A DNA stretch of 64,000 nucleotides from Eubacterium sp. CAG:841 (GTDB taxonomy: Bacteria > Bacillota > Clostridia > Oscillospirales > CAG-272). Where the stretch lies: positions 7 through 64,006 of the forward strand of contig FR898237.1 in the NCBI GenBank assembly GCA_000437375.1, read 5' to 3'. Both the position numbers and the translations under genes were made by a program. Below the pieces are notes generated by a model that did no database searches, was not told the DNA's origin, and worked only from the letters and a program-made list of their open reading frames with translations. Shown here one piece after another: positions 1 to 7,883 of the stretch. Each line of letters begins with the position of its first letter. Position 1 is the first letter of the stretch.

Positions 1-103
1 GACAGCTTTGTTATTCTATCACAAGATAAGCGCGTTGTCAACCCCCTTTTTCATTTTTTTCGGTTTTTTTCTTGCTTTCTCTTATCATTTAAAAAATCTG
101 CCC

Positions 104-141
104 GAAAACAATAAAGTCCGAAACGTGTAGTTTCGGGCTTT
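104..141 (-). terminator. Rho-independent terminator after antiporter gene
   Basis: On the minus strand, GCCCGAAAC-tacac-GTTTCGGAC is followed by TTTATTGTTTT just downstream of the stop at 152-154. Confidence 0.6.
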
Positions 142-151
142 ATTCGATACA

Positions 152-1387
152 TCAGGCATCCTTGCGTATCTCTCCGGCTTTTACAAGCGCAATCTTGGTC
201 GCAACGGGACCTATTATTTCATATATAAGCGTTGCACAAAGCACAACCGCCTGAATGTCGGCGCCGTACTGCGGAAGCTCGCTTATAACCATCTGAGCCA
301 TGCCTATAGCTACGCCCGCCTGTGGCAGAAGCGTAAGACCGAGATATTTTCTTATGTTCTTATCCGCTTTTGCAATAGTCGCGCCGATTCTTGCGCCGAA
401 ATATTTGCCAAGTGCGCGCGCGAAAAGATAAACAACGCCTATAAGTCCGAGTTTCGGAAGCAGGGATATGTTAAGGTCTGCGCCGGAAATTACAAAGAAC
501 AGCATAAAGAGCGGCGGAGTCCATCTGTCCGTACCTTCAAGCACTTTTGCATATTCGCCGCAGAGATTGCAGAACACCGCTCCCGTCATCATACAAACAA
601 GAAGCGATGAGAGCGACAACTCCACGCCGAAAACAGCAGGCTTGAGTGTTTCAAACAGTTCAACAAGCCCCACATCAATTATAACCGCCGCGATACAGAG
701 CGAAAGACGATTTGCCCTCGACTTAAAGAACTTGACTCCGATCGCAACAAGAAGACCGAACACCGCGCCTACAAGAAGCGAAAGAATTATTTCGCAGATC
801 GGCTCGACGAGCATCGTCTTTACCGTAGGCTTGTCGCCGTTTGCCATTGTACGCGCAAGAGAGACCGATATTGAGAATATCATAAGTCCTATTGCGTCAT
901 CAAAAGCGACAACGGGAAGAAGCGTTCTTGTAACCGGACCGTCCGCTTTATATTGACGTACAACAAGCAAAGTCGCCGCAGGAGCGGTGGCTGTTGCGAT
1001 AGCGCCGAGCACAAGCGCTTCTGAAAATTCAAATCCGAATACAAGCTCCGCAACAAAGACAAAGCCCGCAGCACAAAGTGCCTGAAGAACGGTTATCACA
1101 AGTATCTGCTTTCCGAGTTTTTTTACTTCCGAAAGACGGAATTCACCGCCTATTGAAAACGCAATGAAACCCAGCGCAACGGTAACGATTATATCAAAGT
1201 TTTCAACCGTTTCCGCCGTGATTATGCCTGCGAATTTTCCTCCGGTCACAAGAGTCCAGAACGAAGGACCTATCAGAAGTCCGCCAACAAGAAACGCCGT
1301 GACGTTCGGAAGCTTTATAAGTTTTATTACGCGCGTCATCAAAAGACCTATGGTCATTGCCACGCCGAGAGATAACAGAGTGTTCAT
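152..1387 (-). CDS. Cation:proton antiporter, CPA2/Kef-like membrane domain only
   Basis: ORF 152-1462 trimmed to the ATG at 1387 (MNTLLSLGVAMTIGLL...), 7 nt after the upstream ORF stop. Hydrophobic throughout, with many TM segments by eye. Looks like the Na+/H+-exchanger family. No soluble RCK/KTN domain. Confidence 0.8.
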   Translation of the reverse strand: MNTLLSLGVAMTIGLLMTRVIKLIKLPNVTAFLVGGLLIGPSFWTLVTGGKFAGIITAETVENFDIIVTVALGFIAFSIGGEFRLSEVKKLGKQILVITVLQALCAAGFVFVAELVFGFEFSEALVLGAIATATAPAATLLVVRQYKADGPVTRTLLPVVAFDDAIGLMIFSISVSLARTMANGDKPTVKTMLVEPICEIILSLLVGAVFGLLVAIGVKFFKSRANRLSLCIAAVIIDVGLVELFETLKPAVFGVELSLSSLLVCMMTGAVFCNLCGEYAKVLEGTDRWTPPLFMLFFVISGADLNISLLPKLGLIGVVYLFARALGKYFGARIGATIAKADKNIRKYLGLTLLPQAGVAIGMAQMVISELPQYGADIQAVVLCATLIYEIIGPVATKIALVKAGEIRKDA

Positions 1388-1394
1388 TTTTGTA

Positions 1395-1736
1395 TCAGCC
1401 TTTGAGTCCTTCCGTAAATGATACGGGAACGGTGAATGCAACGCCGGTTTTGGGCTTGTCAAGTCCGCCTGTTTCCTTATTTATTATATCCAGCGCAACT
1501 TTGACCTGATCGTCGCGCAGGAGCGTTACAAGAGTTTTGTTGTTTTCGTGGTCGGGATTGAGAAATTGACGGAGCGAGCCGAACATCGGAGGCGGCTCTA
1601 CGGTATCGTGCCCGATATACGAAAGCATTCCCATGGAATCGTAGATCGTGGCATCCTTTATCCCGCCGGCAAGGAATCCGGCAAGTATGCCGTGCATACA
1701 TTCGGTTTTGTTCAAGATGAGTACAAACAGTTGCAT
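1395..1736 (-). CDS. Small PII/GlnB-fold-like protein (putative regulatory partner of the antiporter)
   Basis: ATG at 1736 preceded by an AAGGAGAA RBS. 113 aa beginning MQLFVLILNKTECMHGILAGFLAGGIKDATIYDSMGM..., followed by a long loop and a beta-alpha-beta-like pattern. The function is inference only. Confidence 0.5.
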   Translation of the reverse strand: MQLFVLILNKTECMHGILAGFLAGGIKDATIYDSMGMLSYIGHDTVEPPPMFGSLRQFLNPDHENNKTLVTLLRDDQVKVALDIINKETGGLDKPKTGVAFTVPVSFTEGLKG

Positions 1737-1885
1737 TTTTCGGTTCTCCTTTTCCTTATTTATTATATTATAGCGTGCGGACGGTCAAAATGCTCGCTTC
1801 CGCAACACAAATAAAATCCGTGCAAAGCAATGTGCGGATATTTCTTTTATCTTTTTTAGTGCCCATTTGCAAAGGCATCAAAAAA

Positions 1886-2019
1886 CCTGTATATCGCTTT
1901 CAATAACCGAGCTTCTTTTGCTTTTTTACAAGCTTTGTTCGTGCAGATGTTAAAAATTCCGCACAAGCCAATTTACCAAAGCTTCTTTTGCCTGCTTTTC
2001 TTCCCGAAGAAAAGTACGG
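1886..2019. repeat. Degenerate copy of the intergenic repeat family (two units plus terminal hairpin)
   Basis: Contains ...caataaccgaGCTTCTTTTGC... twice and the hairpin cttttcttcccgaagaaaag. Related to the repeats at 5048-5250, 6477-6746 and 36267-36397. Confidence 0.6.
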
Positions 2020-2082
2020 TGGAAATTATATCACTGTAAGACGAAATTGTCAATTGTTTTTTGAATATTAAGTTGTTTGCGG

Positions 2083-2111
2083 TTGTTTTTGATTTTTTAT
2101 TCTGTTATAAT
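2083..2111 (+). promoter_or_regulatory. Candidate sigmaA promoter of lplA
   Basis: TTGTTT (2083-2088), 17-nt spacer ending in TGt, TATAAT (2106-2111), giving an extended -10. Confidence 0.4.
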
Positions 2112-2141
2112 AGCCTTACCAACAGCAAAGGAGAGAAAAAA

Positions 2142-3164
2142 ATGATTCTTTGGATCAACCGATGCACAGAACCATACGAAAATATGGCTACGGAGGAGTA
2201 TCTGCTTATGACGGCAGCCGAACCCACCGTAATGCTTTGGCGGAACGAACCGGCAGTCATTATAGGAAAAAATCAAAACGCAAGGGAAAACGTAAATTTT
2301 GATTTTACCCGCGCAGCAAACATAAAAGTAGTAAGAAGGCTTACCGGCGGAGGGGCGGTCTTTCACGATCTCGGAAACGTAAATTATACGTTTATCGTTC
2401 CCGAAAGAGACGCCCCCGAAAGCTTTTCGGAGTTTTCAGAACCGATAATAAAAGCGCTCAAAGAACTTTCCATAAACGCCGAAGCTTCGGGGAGAAACGA
2501 CCTTCTTGCAGACGGCAAAAAATTTTCCGGCACGGCACGTTGCGGATATGACAGAAAAGACGGCAGCCGCGTGGTAATGCATCATGGCACGCTGCTCTTT
2601 TCCGCCGATATGAGCCGACTTGCGGGAGCTCTTGTGACCGATCCCGAAAAGGTTAGATCGAAAGGAATAAAAAGCACTGCGGCAAGGGTTGTAAATCTCT
2701 GCACGCTTCTGCCCGAAGAACATAAAAGTATGAACGCCGAAGCGTTTATGAAATATCTTGAAGATTTCTTTGCGGGCGCGGACGGCGTAAAGGTAAAAAG
2801 CTTTTCACCCGAAGCCCGGGCACAGATAAAAGCGCTCGCAAAAGAAAAATATGCAAGCGAGGATTGGTTGCTTCGCGCAGGCAGTGGAGATTTCAACGTA
2901 AAAAAGAAAAAACGTTTTGACTTCGGCACGGTTGAAATACGCATTTTATGTTCGGCAAGCGAAGTCGGCATGCCGCCGATAATATCAAAAATATCAATCG
3001 AGGGCGATTTCATAGGCGACCGCGATATTACAGGACTTGAAAACAAACTTGTCGGAAAGTATTTTGAAAAAAACAATATTTTCTCTTTACTATCCGATGC
3101 CGATGTGGTAAAATATGTGCGTGGAGCGGATCCCGCCGCTCTTACGGAGCTTATGTTTGATTAA
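2142..3164 (+). CDS. lplA: Lipoate-protein ligase A
   Basis: Trimmed to the ATG at 2142 (RBS AAAGGAGAG at 2127-2135). MILWINRCTEPYENMATEEYLL...RRLTGGGAVFHDLGNVNYTFI matches the LplA catalytic-domain signature. A C-terminal accessory domain is present. Confidence 0.85.
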   Translation: MILWINRCTEPYENMATEEYLLMTAAEPTVMLWRNEPAVIIGKNQNARENVNFDFTRAANIKVVRRLTGGGAVFHDLGNVNYTFIVPERDAPESFSEFSEPIIKALKELSINAEASGRNDLLADGKKFSGTARCGYDRKDGSRVVMHHGTLLFSADMSRLAGALVTDPEKVRSKGIKSTAARVVNLCTLLPEEHKSMNAEAFMKYLEDFFAGADGVKVKSFSPEARAQIKALAKEKYASEDWLLRAGSGDFNVKKKKRFDFGTVEIRILCSASEVGMPPIISKISIEGDFIGDRDITGLENKLVGKYFEKNNIFSLLSDADVVKYVRGADPAALTELMFD

Positions 3165-3195
3165 AAACATAAAACATAATACGGAGATGAACAAA

Positions 3196-4473
3196 ATGAC
3201 AAAAAACAAAAAGTATGCAAAGGAGCTTCTCGAATTTCTCGATGCGGCTCCCACGCCGTTTCAGTCAACGGACGAGCTTTCAAAAATGCTTGAAAAAGCA
3301 GGAGCTGTAAAGCTCTGTGAAGGCGACGAATGGAAGCTTGAAAAGGACGTGCTTTATTATATGACAAAGGAAGGCACTCAGCTTTCCGCCTTCAGAATAT
3401 CGGGCGAACCGAAGGACGACGGCTTCCGCATAGGCGCCGCTCATCAGGACGCGCCCGGCTTCCGCATAAAAACCGTGCCGTCAAAGATAGATATGGGCTA
3501 TGAACGCGTCTGCGTCGAAGCCTACGGCGGACTCATTCTTCACGGCTGGGCGGATCGTCCGCTTTCGGTCGCCGGAAGAATATACGTTAAAGATGAAAAC
3601 GGCAATGCCATAGCAAAGAACGTAAACATTCACAAGCCCATCCTCATCATGCCCAGTGCCGCAATTCATATGGTAAGAGGCGATGAGCAGGGCAAGTTCA
3701 ATGTTCAGACTGAATTTTTGCCGCTATTTTCGCAGAACTCTTCGGGCGAAGTTCGTTTCACCGAATATCTTGCAAAAGAGATCGGATGCAAAAAGGAAGA
3801 CATCCTCTCATTTGAGCTTGCGCCCTATGAATATTTTCCCGGCTGTTTTGTCGGCGAAAACGAAGAGTTTATATCCGTGCCGCGCCTTGACGACGCCGCT
3901 ATGGCTCACGCCATAGTATCCGGAATTATAGAAGGCAAGGGCGGATGCGATATAGCTATGATCTATGACCACGAGGAGATCGGCTCGAATTCCGACAGAG
4001 GCGCAAGATCAGCCGTGCTAAAAATGCTTATCGACCGCATCTGCGCATCGCTCGGCTATACTGCCGAAGATAAATATCGCGCGCTTGCAAAAACCGTTGT
4101 TTTCTCGGCGGACATGGCTCACGCCACACATCCGTCATTTGCACAGAAATCCGATCCGAATCTGCCCGTAAAGCTGAACGGCGGCCCCGTGCTCAAGCTT
4201 GCAACACGTCAGTCATATGCAACATCGTCGCGCGGAACAGCAATATTCAAGCTTCTCTGCGAAAAAGCAAAAGTACCCTATCAGATATTCAATAACCGCT
4301 CGGACGTCGGTGGCGGCGGCACAATAGGTCCGATGCTTTCAGCCGATCTCGGCACAGTAACGGTCGATATCGGCAATCCGATGCTTTCAATGCACTCGGT
4401 AAGAGAGTTTGCAGGCACCGAAGACGGATATAATATGGTTCGTCTTTATGCGGCGTTCTTCGAGGGCAAATGA
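3196..4473 (+). CDS. M18-family aminopeptidase (aspartyl aminopeptidase-like)
   Basis: Trimmed to the ATG at 3196 (GGAG 9 nt upstream). Motifs seen: GAAHQDAPGFRIK, DHEEIGS, ADMAHATHP, NPMLSMHS. Confidence 0.8.
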   Translation: MTKNKKYAKELLEFLDAAPTPFQSTDELSKMLEKAGAVKLCEGDEWKLEKDVLYYMTKEGTQLSAFRISGEPKDDGFRIGAAHQDAPGFRIKTVPSKIDMGYERVCVEAYGGLILHGWADRPLSVAGRIYVKDENGNAIAKNVNIHKPILIMPSAAIHMVRGDEQGKFNVQTEFLPLFSQNSSGEVRFTEYLAKEIGCKKEDILSFELAPYEYFPGCFVGENEEFISVPRLDDAAMAHAIVSGIIEGKGGCDIAMIYDHEEIGSNSDRGARSAVLKMLIDRICASLGYTAEDKYRALAKTVVFSADMAHATHPSFAQKSDPNLPVKLNGGPVLKLATRQSYATSSRGTAIFKLLCEKAKVPYQIFNNRSDVGGGGTIGPMLSADLGTVTVDIGNPMLSMHSVREFAGTEDGYNMVRLYAAFFEGK

Positions 4474-4474
4474 T

Positions 4475-5047
4475 ATGGCAAGCAGCTTTTTTTCACTTAT
4501 ATTCAGAGAAAAATATATTCGCAGATGGGGGCTTATGCGCAACACCTCCGAAGAAAATCTTTCTTCACACAGCATGGAAGTTGCCATGATAGCTCACGCT
4601 CTTGCCCTTATAGGAAATGAAATATACGGCAAACAGTATGATGAAGGCGCAGTGATGGCGGCAGCTCTTTATCACGACGCAACCGAAGTCTTTACGGGAG
4701 ACATGCCTACGCCCGTAAAATATTTCAGTCGCGAAATGCGCGAAAACTACAAAGTTGTCGAGCGTCAGGCGGTGGATCAGCTTATTGACAAGCTTCCCGA
4801 AAAGCTGAAACCGGCATACAAAGCGCTTCTCGACTGTCCAAATGAGGATGTCGAACGTCTTGTCAAAATAGCGGACAAGCTTGCCGCATACATCAAATGC
4901 GTTGAAGAAGAAAAATGCGGAAACGGAGAATTCCGTTCAGCAAAGGATTCCACAATGAAATCGCTCGAAAATTACAAATGCCCCGAACTTGATTATTTTA
5001 TAAAAGAGTTTCTGCCGGCATTTTCACTTACTCTCGACGAAATGTAA
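4475..5047 (+). CDS. HD-domain 5'-deoxynucleotidase (YfbR-like)
   Basis: ATG at 4475, 1 nt after the upstream stop. Motifs: NTSEENLSSHSMEVAMIAH...LYHDATEVFTGDMPTPVKY. Confidence 0.75.
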   Translation: MASSFFSLIFREKYIRRWGLMRNTSEENLSSHSMEVAMIAHALALIGNEIYGKQYDEGAVMAAALYHDATEVFTGDMPTPVKYFSREMRENYKVVERQAVDQLIDKLPEKLKPAYKALLDCPNEDVERLVKIADKLAAYIKCVEEEKCGNGEFRSAKDSTMKSLENYKCPELDYFIKEFLPAFSLTLDEM

Positions 5048-5250
5048 CCGTACTTTTCTTTGAAAAGAAAAGTAGGCAAAAGAAACTTTAGTAAAGCACC
5101 TTGTACCAAATTTTCATTTCCATCAAAGTGGCAGATGCCGGTTTCTTTTCTTAGAGAAAAAAAGCAGGCAAAAGAAACTTCTGCTATCGGTAATGATATG
5201 CGGACTTTTTGACAACAGCACAGGCAGATACCACAAAAAGGCAAAAGAAA
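5048..5250. repeat. Left composite repeat arm flanking the ADP-ribosylglycohydrolase gene
   Basis: 39-mer ccgtacttttctttgaaaagaaaagtaggcaaaagaaac (5048-5086). 61-mer at 5167-5227. Three GGCAAAAGAAA cores. These are an inverted match to 6496-6555 and 6691-6729. Confidence 0.8.
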
Positions 5251-5310
5251 ATTTAATTTGAACGTTTTAATCACAACAAAAATTTATTTATTATAAAGGA
5301 AGAAAACAAT

Positions 5311-6435
5311 ATGTACACAAATCAGCATCCTGAAATTCAGCCCGATAAGCTTGATGAAATTCTCGCCCTTCGTCCCGAAGGTGCGGAAAACTGCAAAAAG
5401 CCCGTTTCCGATCTTCACGACCGTATGAAAGGCGCGGTTATAGGAAGATTTGCCGGTTGCGTTCTCGGTATTCCCGTAGAACTTTATAAAATGGCAGATA
5501 TGCAGGCACTTGCTATGGAGTGCAATATGCAGTATCCTCCCGTTGATTATTGGACAGGCACCGATCAGCCCGAAAAAATTCACTATCAGGTAAACAAGAG
5601 AACCGAATATATCCTTGAAAACATAAACAAAGTTCCGGTTGACGACGATATCACATACACAATTCTCAACCTTCTTCTTCTTGAAAAATACGGAAAAGGC
5701 TACACTGTTGACGACGCCGGCAAGTTCTGGCTCGATTATCTTCCCTATGCATGCACCGCTGAAAGCGAAGCGCTTATGCAGCTCCGCGCAGGAACAAAGG
5801 CAGAATGCGCAGCCGACTTCAACAACTATGTTGAATGGATAGGCGCAGCTATCAGAGCAGACGCTTTCGGATATGCCGAAGCAGGCGATCCCGAAGCCGC
5901 TGCCAAGCTTTCTTATCCGGACGCTTACCTTACACACCGTCAGAACGGTATCTACGGTGAAATGTTCTGCGCAGCAGCAGTTGCGGCAGCTTTCACGGCA
6001 GAAACTCCTCTTGACGCCGTAAGAGAAGGTATGAAGCAGATTCCGAAGGAATCAGAGCTTTACAAAGAACTTGAATGGGCATTCTCCTGCGAAGAAAAAG
6101 TTACAAACTACATCCGCGCTCGTCAGCTTCTTGATGAACACTTCCCCAGAATGCACCCCGTGCACACAATAAACAATATGTGCGCTATCGTTTTCGCCCT
6201 TATGCTCGGCGGAAAAGATTATACAAAGTGCATAGGTAACTGTGTTGCAATCGGTCTTGATAACGACTGCACAGGCGCAACTGTCGGCAGTATCGTCGGC
6301 GCTTGCATAGGCTTCAAGAACATTCCCGAACATTGGTACAAGAACTTCAACAATACTGTTGTTACTTATATCAACGAACATCCCACACTCGCTCTTGACG
6401 ACGTTATCGACAGATTCGTAAAACTCAACGGCTAA
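5311..6435 (+). CDS. ADP-ribosylglycohydrolase family protein
   Basis: ATG at 5311 with an AAGGAAG RBS. Family motifs: GAVIGRFAGCVLGIPVE, DDDITYT, GLDNDCTGATVGSIVGA. Confidence 0.85.
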   Translation: MYTNQHPEIQPDKLDEILALRPEGAENCKKPVSDLHDRMKGAVIGRFAGCVLGIPVELYKMADMQALAMECNMQYPPVDYWTGTDQPEKIHYQVNKRTEYILENINKVPVDDDITYTILNLLLLEKYGKGYTVDDAGKFWLDYLPYACTAESEALMQLRAGTKAECAADFNNYVEWIGAAIRADAFGYAEAGDPEAAAKLSYPDAYLTHRQNGIYGEMFCAAAVAAAFTAETPLDAVREGMKQIPKESELYKELEWAFSCEEKVTNYIRARQLLDEHFPRMHPVHTINNMCAIVFALMLGGKDYTKCIGNCVAIGLDNDCTGATVGSIVGACIGFKNIPEHWYKNFNNTVVTYINEHPTLALDDVIDRFVKLNG

Positions 6436-6439
6436 AGCC

Positions 6440-6470
6440 AAAAAGTCCCGCTTCGGCGGGACTTTTTTAT
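6440..6470 (+). terminator. Rho-independent terminator
   Basis: AAAAGTCCCGC-ttcg-GCGGGACTTTTTT immediately after the stop at 6433-6435. Confidence 0.8.
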
Positions 6471-6476
6471 TTGATC

Positions 6477-6746
6477 TTTTGCCTCTTTATAATACCTGCC
6501 TGTGTTGTTGTCAAAAAGTCCGCATATCATTACCGATAACCGAGGTTTCTTTTGCTTTTTTGTTATATCTGTATGTGCAGCTTTCAAAATATCTGCATAT
6601 CATTACCAATAACCGAAGTTTCTTTTGCCTTTTTGTTATATCTGTATGTGCAGCTTTCAAAATATCTGCATATCATTACCGATAACCGAAGTTTCTTTTG
6701 CCTACTTTTCTTTTCAAAGAAAAGTATGGTCAAAGGAAAGTATGGC
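6477..6746. repeat. Three tandem 73-bp repeat units plus terminal hairpin module (right composite arm)
   Basis: Units start near 6477, 6550 and 6623; the last two are nearly identical. They are followed by gtttcttttgcctacttttcttttcaaagaaaagtatgg (6691-6729) and a 16-nt re-duplication tcaaaggaaagtatgg (6731-6746). Confidence 0.85.
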
Positions 6747-7782
6747 GACGGAGACGACGGATTTTGTTTATGTGCCGTTCAAAGCTGCCGTCGGAAAGAA
6801 GAGAGGCTATAACATACTGTTCAAGCATCGGCACCGTGCAGGAATAAAAGCCGAGCTTTTTATAAAATTCATCGGCAAGCCTCTCGGAAAGAAGCATATA
6901 TCCTACTCGCACGGAAGGAGAAACAGTTTTTGAAAACGTGTTTATATAAATAACTCTGCCTTCAGAATCATTTGCGAATATCGTCTCAAAAGGCTTTGCA
7001 AAAAGCGAAAACTCGGATTCATAATCGTCTTCAATTATATATCCGCCCCGCTCGGAAGCCCATCTGATATATTCCGTCTTTTTTGAAGCGGAAGCCGATA
7101 CCCCCGTAGGAAAGCTTCTGTACGGCGTGACGTGAAGCACCTCTGCACGTGAATTCCAAAGCTCATAAGAATTTATTCCGTCATTGCAAAGAGAAAGCTC
7201 CTCCGTTTTTACGCCCTTTGCACCGTAAATGCTTTCTATTTTCTCATACGACGGCTTTTCAATACCGAAAATTTTGTTTCTGCCAAGCAGCTCCGTAACC
7301 ATTCCGTAAAGATATTCCGCTCCCGAACCGATTATTATCTGTTTTTCGGAAACTTCAATACCCTTGTTTCGGCGCAGATAATCTTTTATTGCAGTTTTAA
7401 GCTCGTCCGTACCCGTAGGCGGAGATTTTTTCATAAGCTCGTCGCCGTATTCACTGAGTACAGAACGCACCGCTCCCGCAAATACCGAAAACGGAAAGCT
7501 TTCCGAAGGCACAGCATCCGGCGGAGTATGCTTTTCTTTTATGCTTACATCAGCCGAGCGATAAACCGCTTCGGTCGTATATTCAACATAATAACCGCTC
7601 CGCGCCTTTGCCGTTATATAGCCCTCGCTTTCAAGAATTTCGCACGCATGCTCAACTGTTATCACGCTTACATTCATCGTGTCTGACAGCGTGCGCTTGG
7701 ACGGAAGCTTTTGCCCGTATTTTATCGCGCCCGAAACAATATCTCCTTTTATTTTTTCATAAACCCACATATATTTTTTCAT
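6730..7782 (-). CDS. MocR/PdxR-like GntR-family regulator with aminotransferase-fold domain, apparently 3'-truncated
   Basis: wHTH segment KLPSKRTLSDTMNVSVITVEHACEILESEGYI. PLP-lysine motif NTFSKTVSPSVRVGYM. Ends ...ERHINKIRRLRRHTFL*, roughly 90 aa short of GabR/PdxR-type proteins. Confidence 0.75.
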   Translation of the reverse strand: MKKYMWVYEKIKGDIVSGAIKYGQKLPSKRTLSDTMNVSVITVEHACEILESEGYITAKARSGYYVEYTTEAVYRSADVSIKEKHTPPDAVPSESFPFSVFAGAVRSVLSEYGDELMKKSPPTGTDELKTAIKDYLRRNKGIEVSEKQIIIGSGAEYLYGMVTELLGRNKIFGIEKPSYEKIESIYGAKGVKTEELSLCNDGINSYELWNSRAEVLHVTPYRSFPTGVSASASKKTEYIRWASERGGYIIEDDYESEFSLFAKPFETIFANDSEGRVIYINTFSKTVSPSVRVGYMLLSERLADEFYKKLGFYSCTVPMLEQYVIASLLSDGSFERHINKIRRLRRHTFL

Positions 7783-7883
7783 AAAATCTGACCTTATAAA
7801 AATATGATAATCTGGTTATTTTAATATTACCACTTTTATTATATAATGCTCTGCGTAAATGTCAATAGCAAGGAGTCATCTTT

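Noticed and set aside
6477-6696. Possible CRISPR array, given regularly spaced repeats.
   Set aside because: The whole 73-bp unit is repeated with no unique spacers between conserved repeats. There are only three units and no cas genes or leader. The sequence belongs to the dispersed REP-like family.
6479-6933. Three look-alike ORFs (68, 86 and 102 aa) starting 73 nt apart.
   Set aside because: They are simply the same reading frame re-entering each 73-bp tandem repeat unit. They have no RBS, and the last one runs antisense into the MocR gene.
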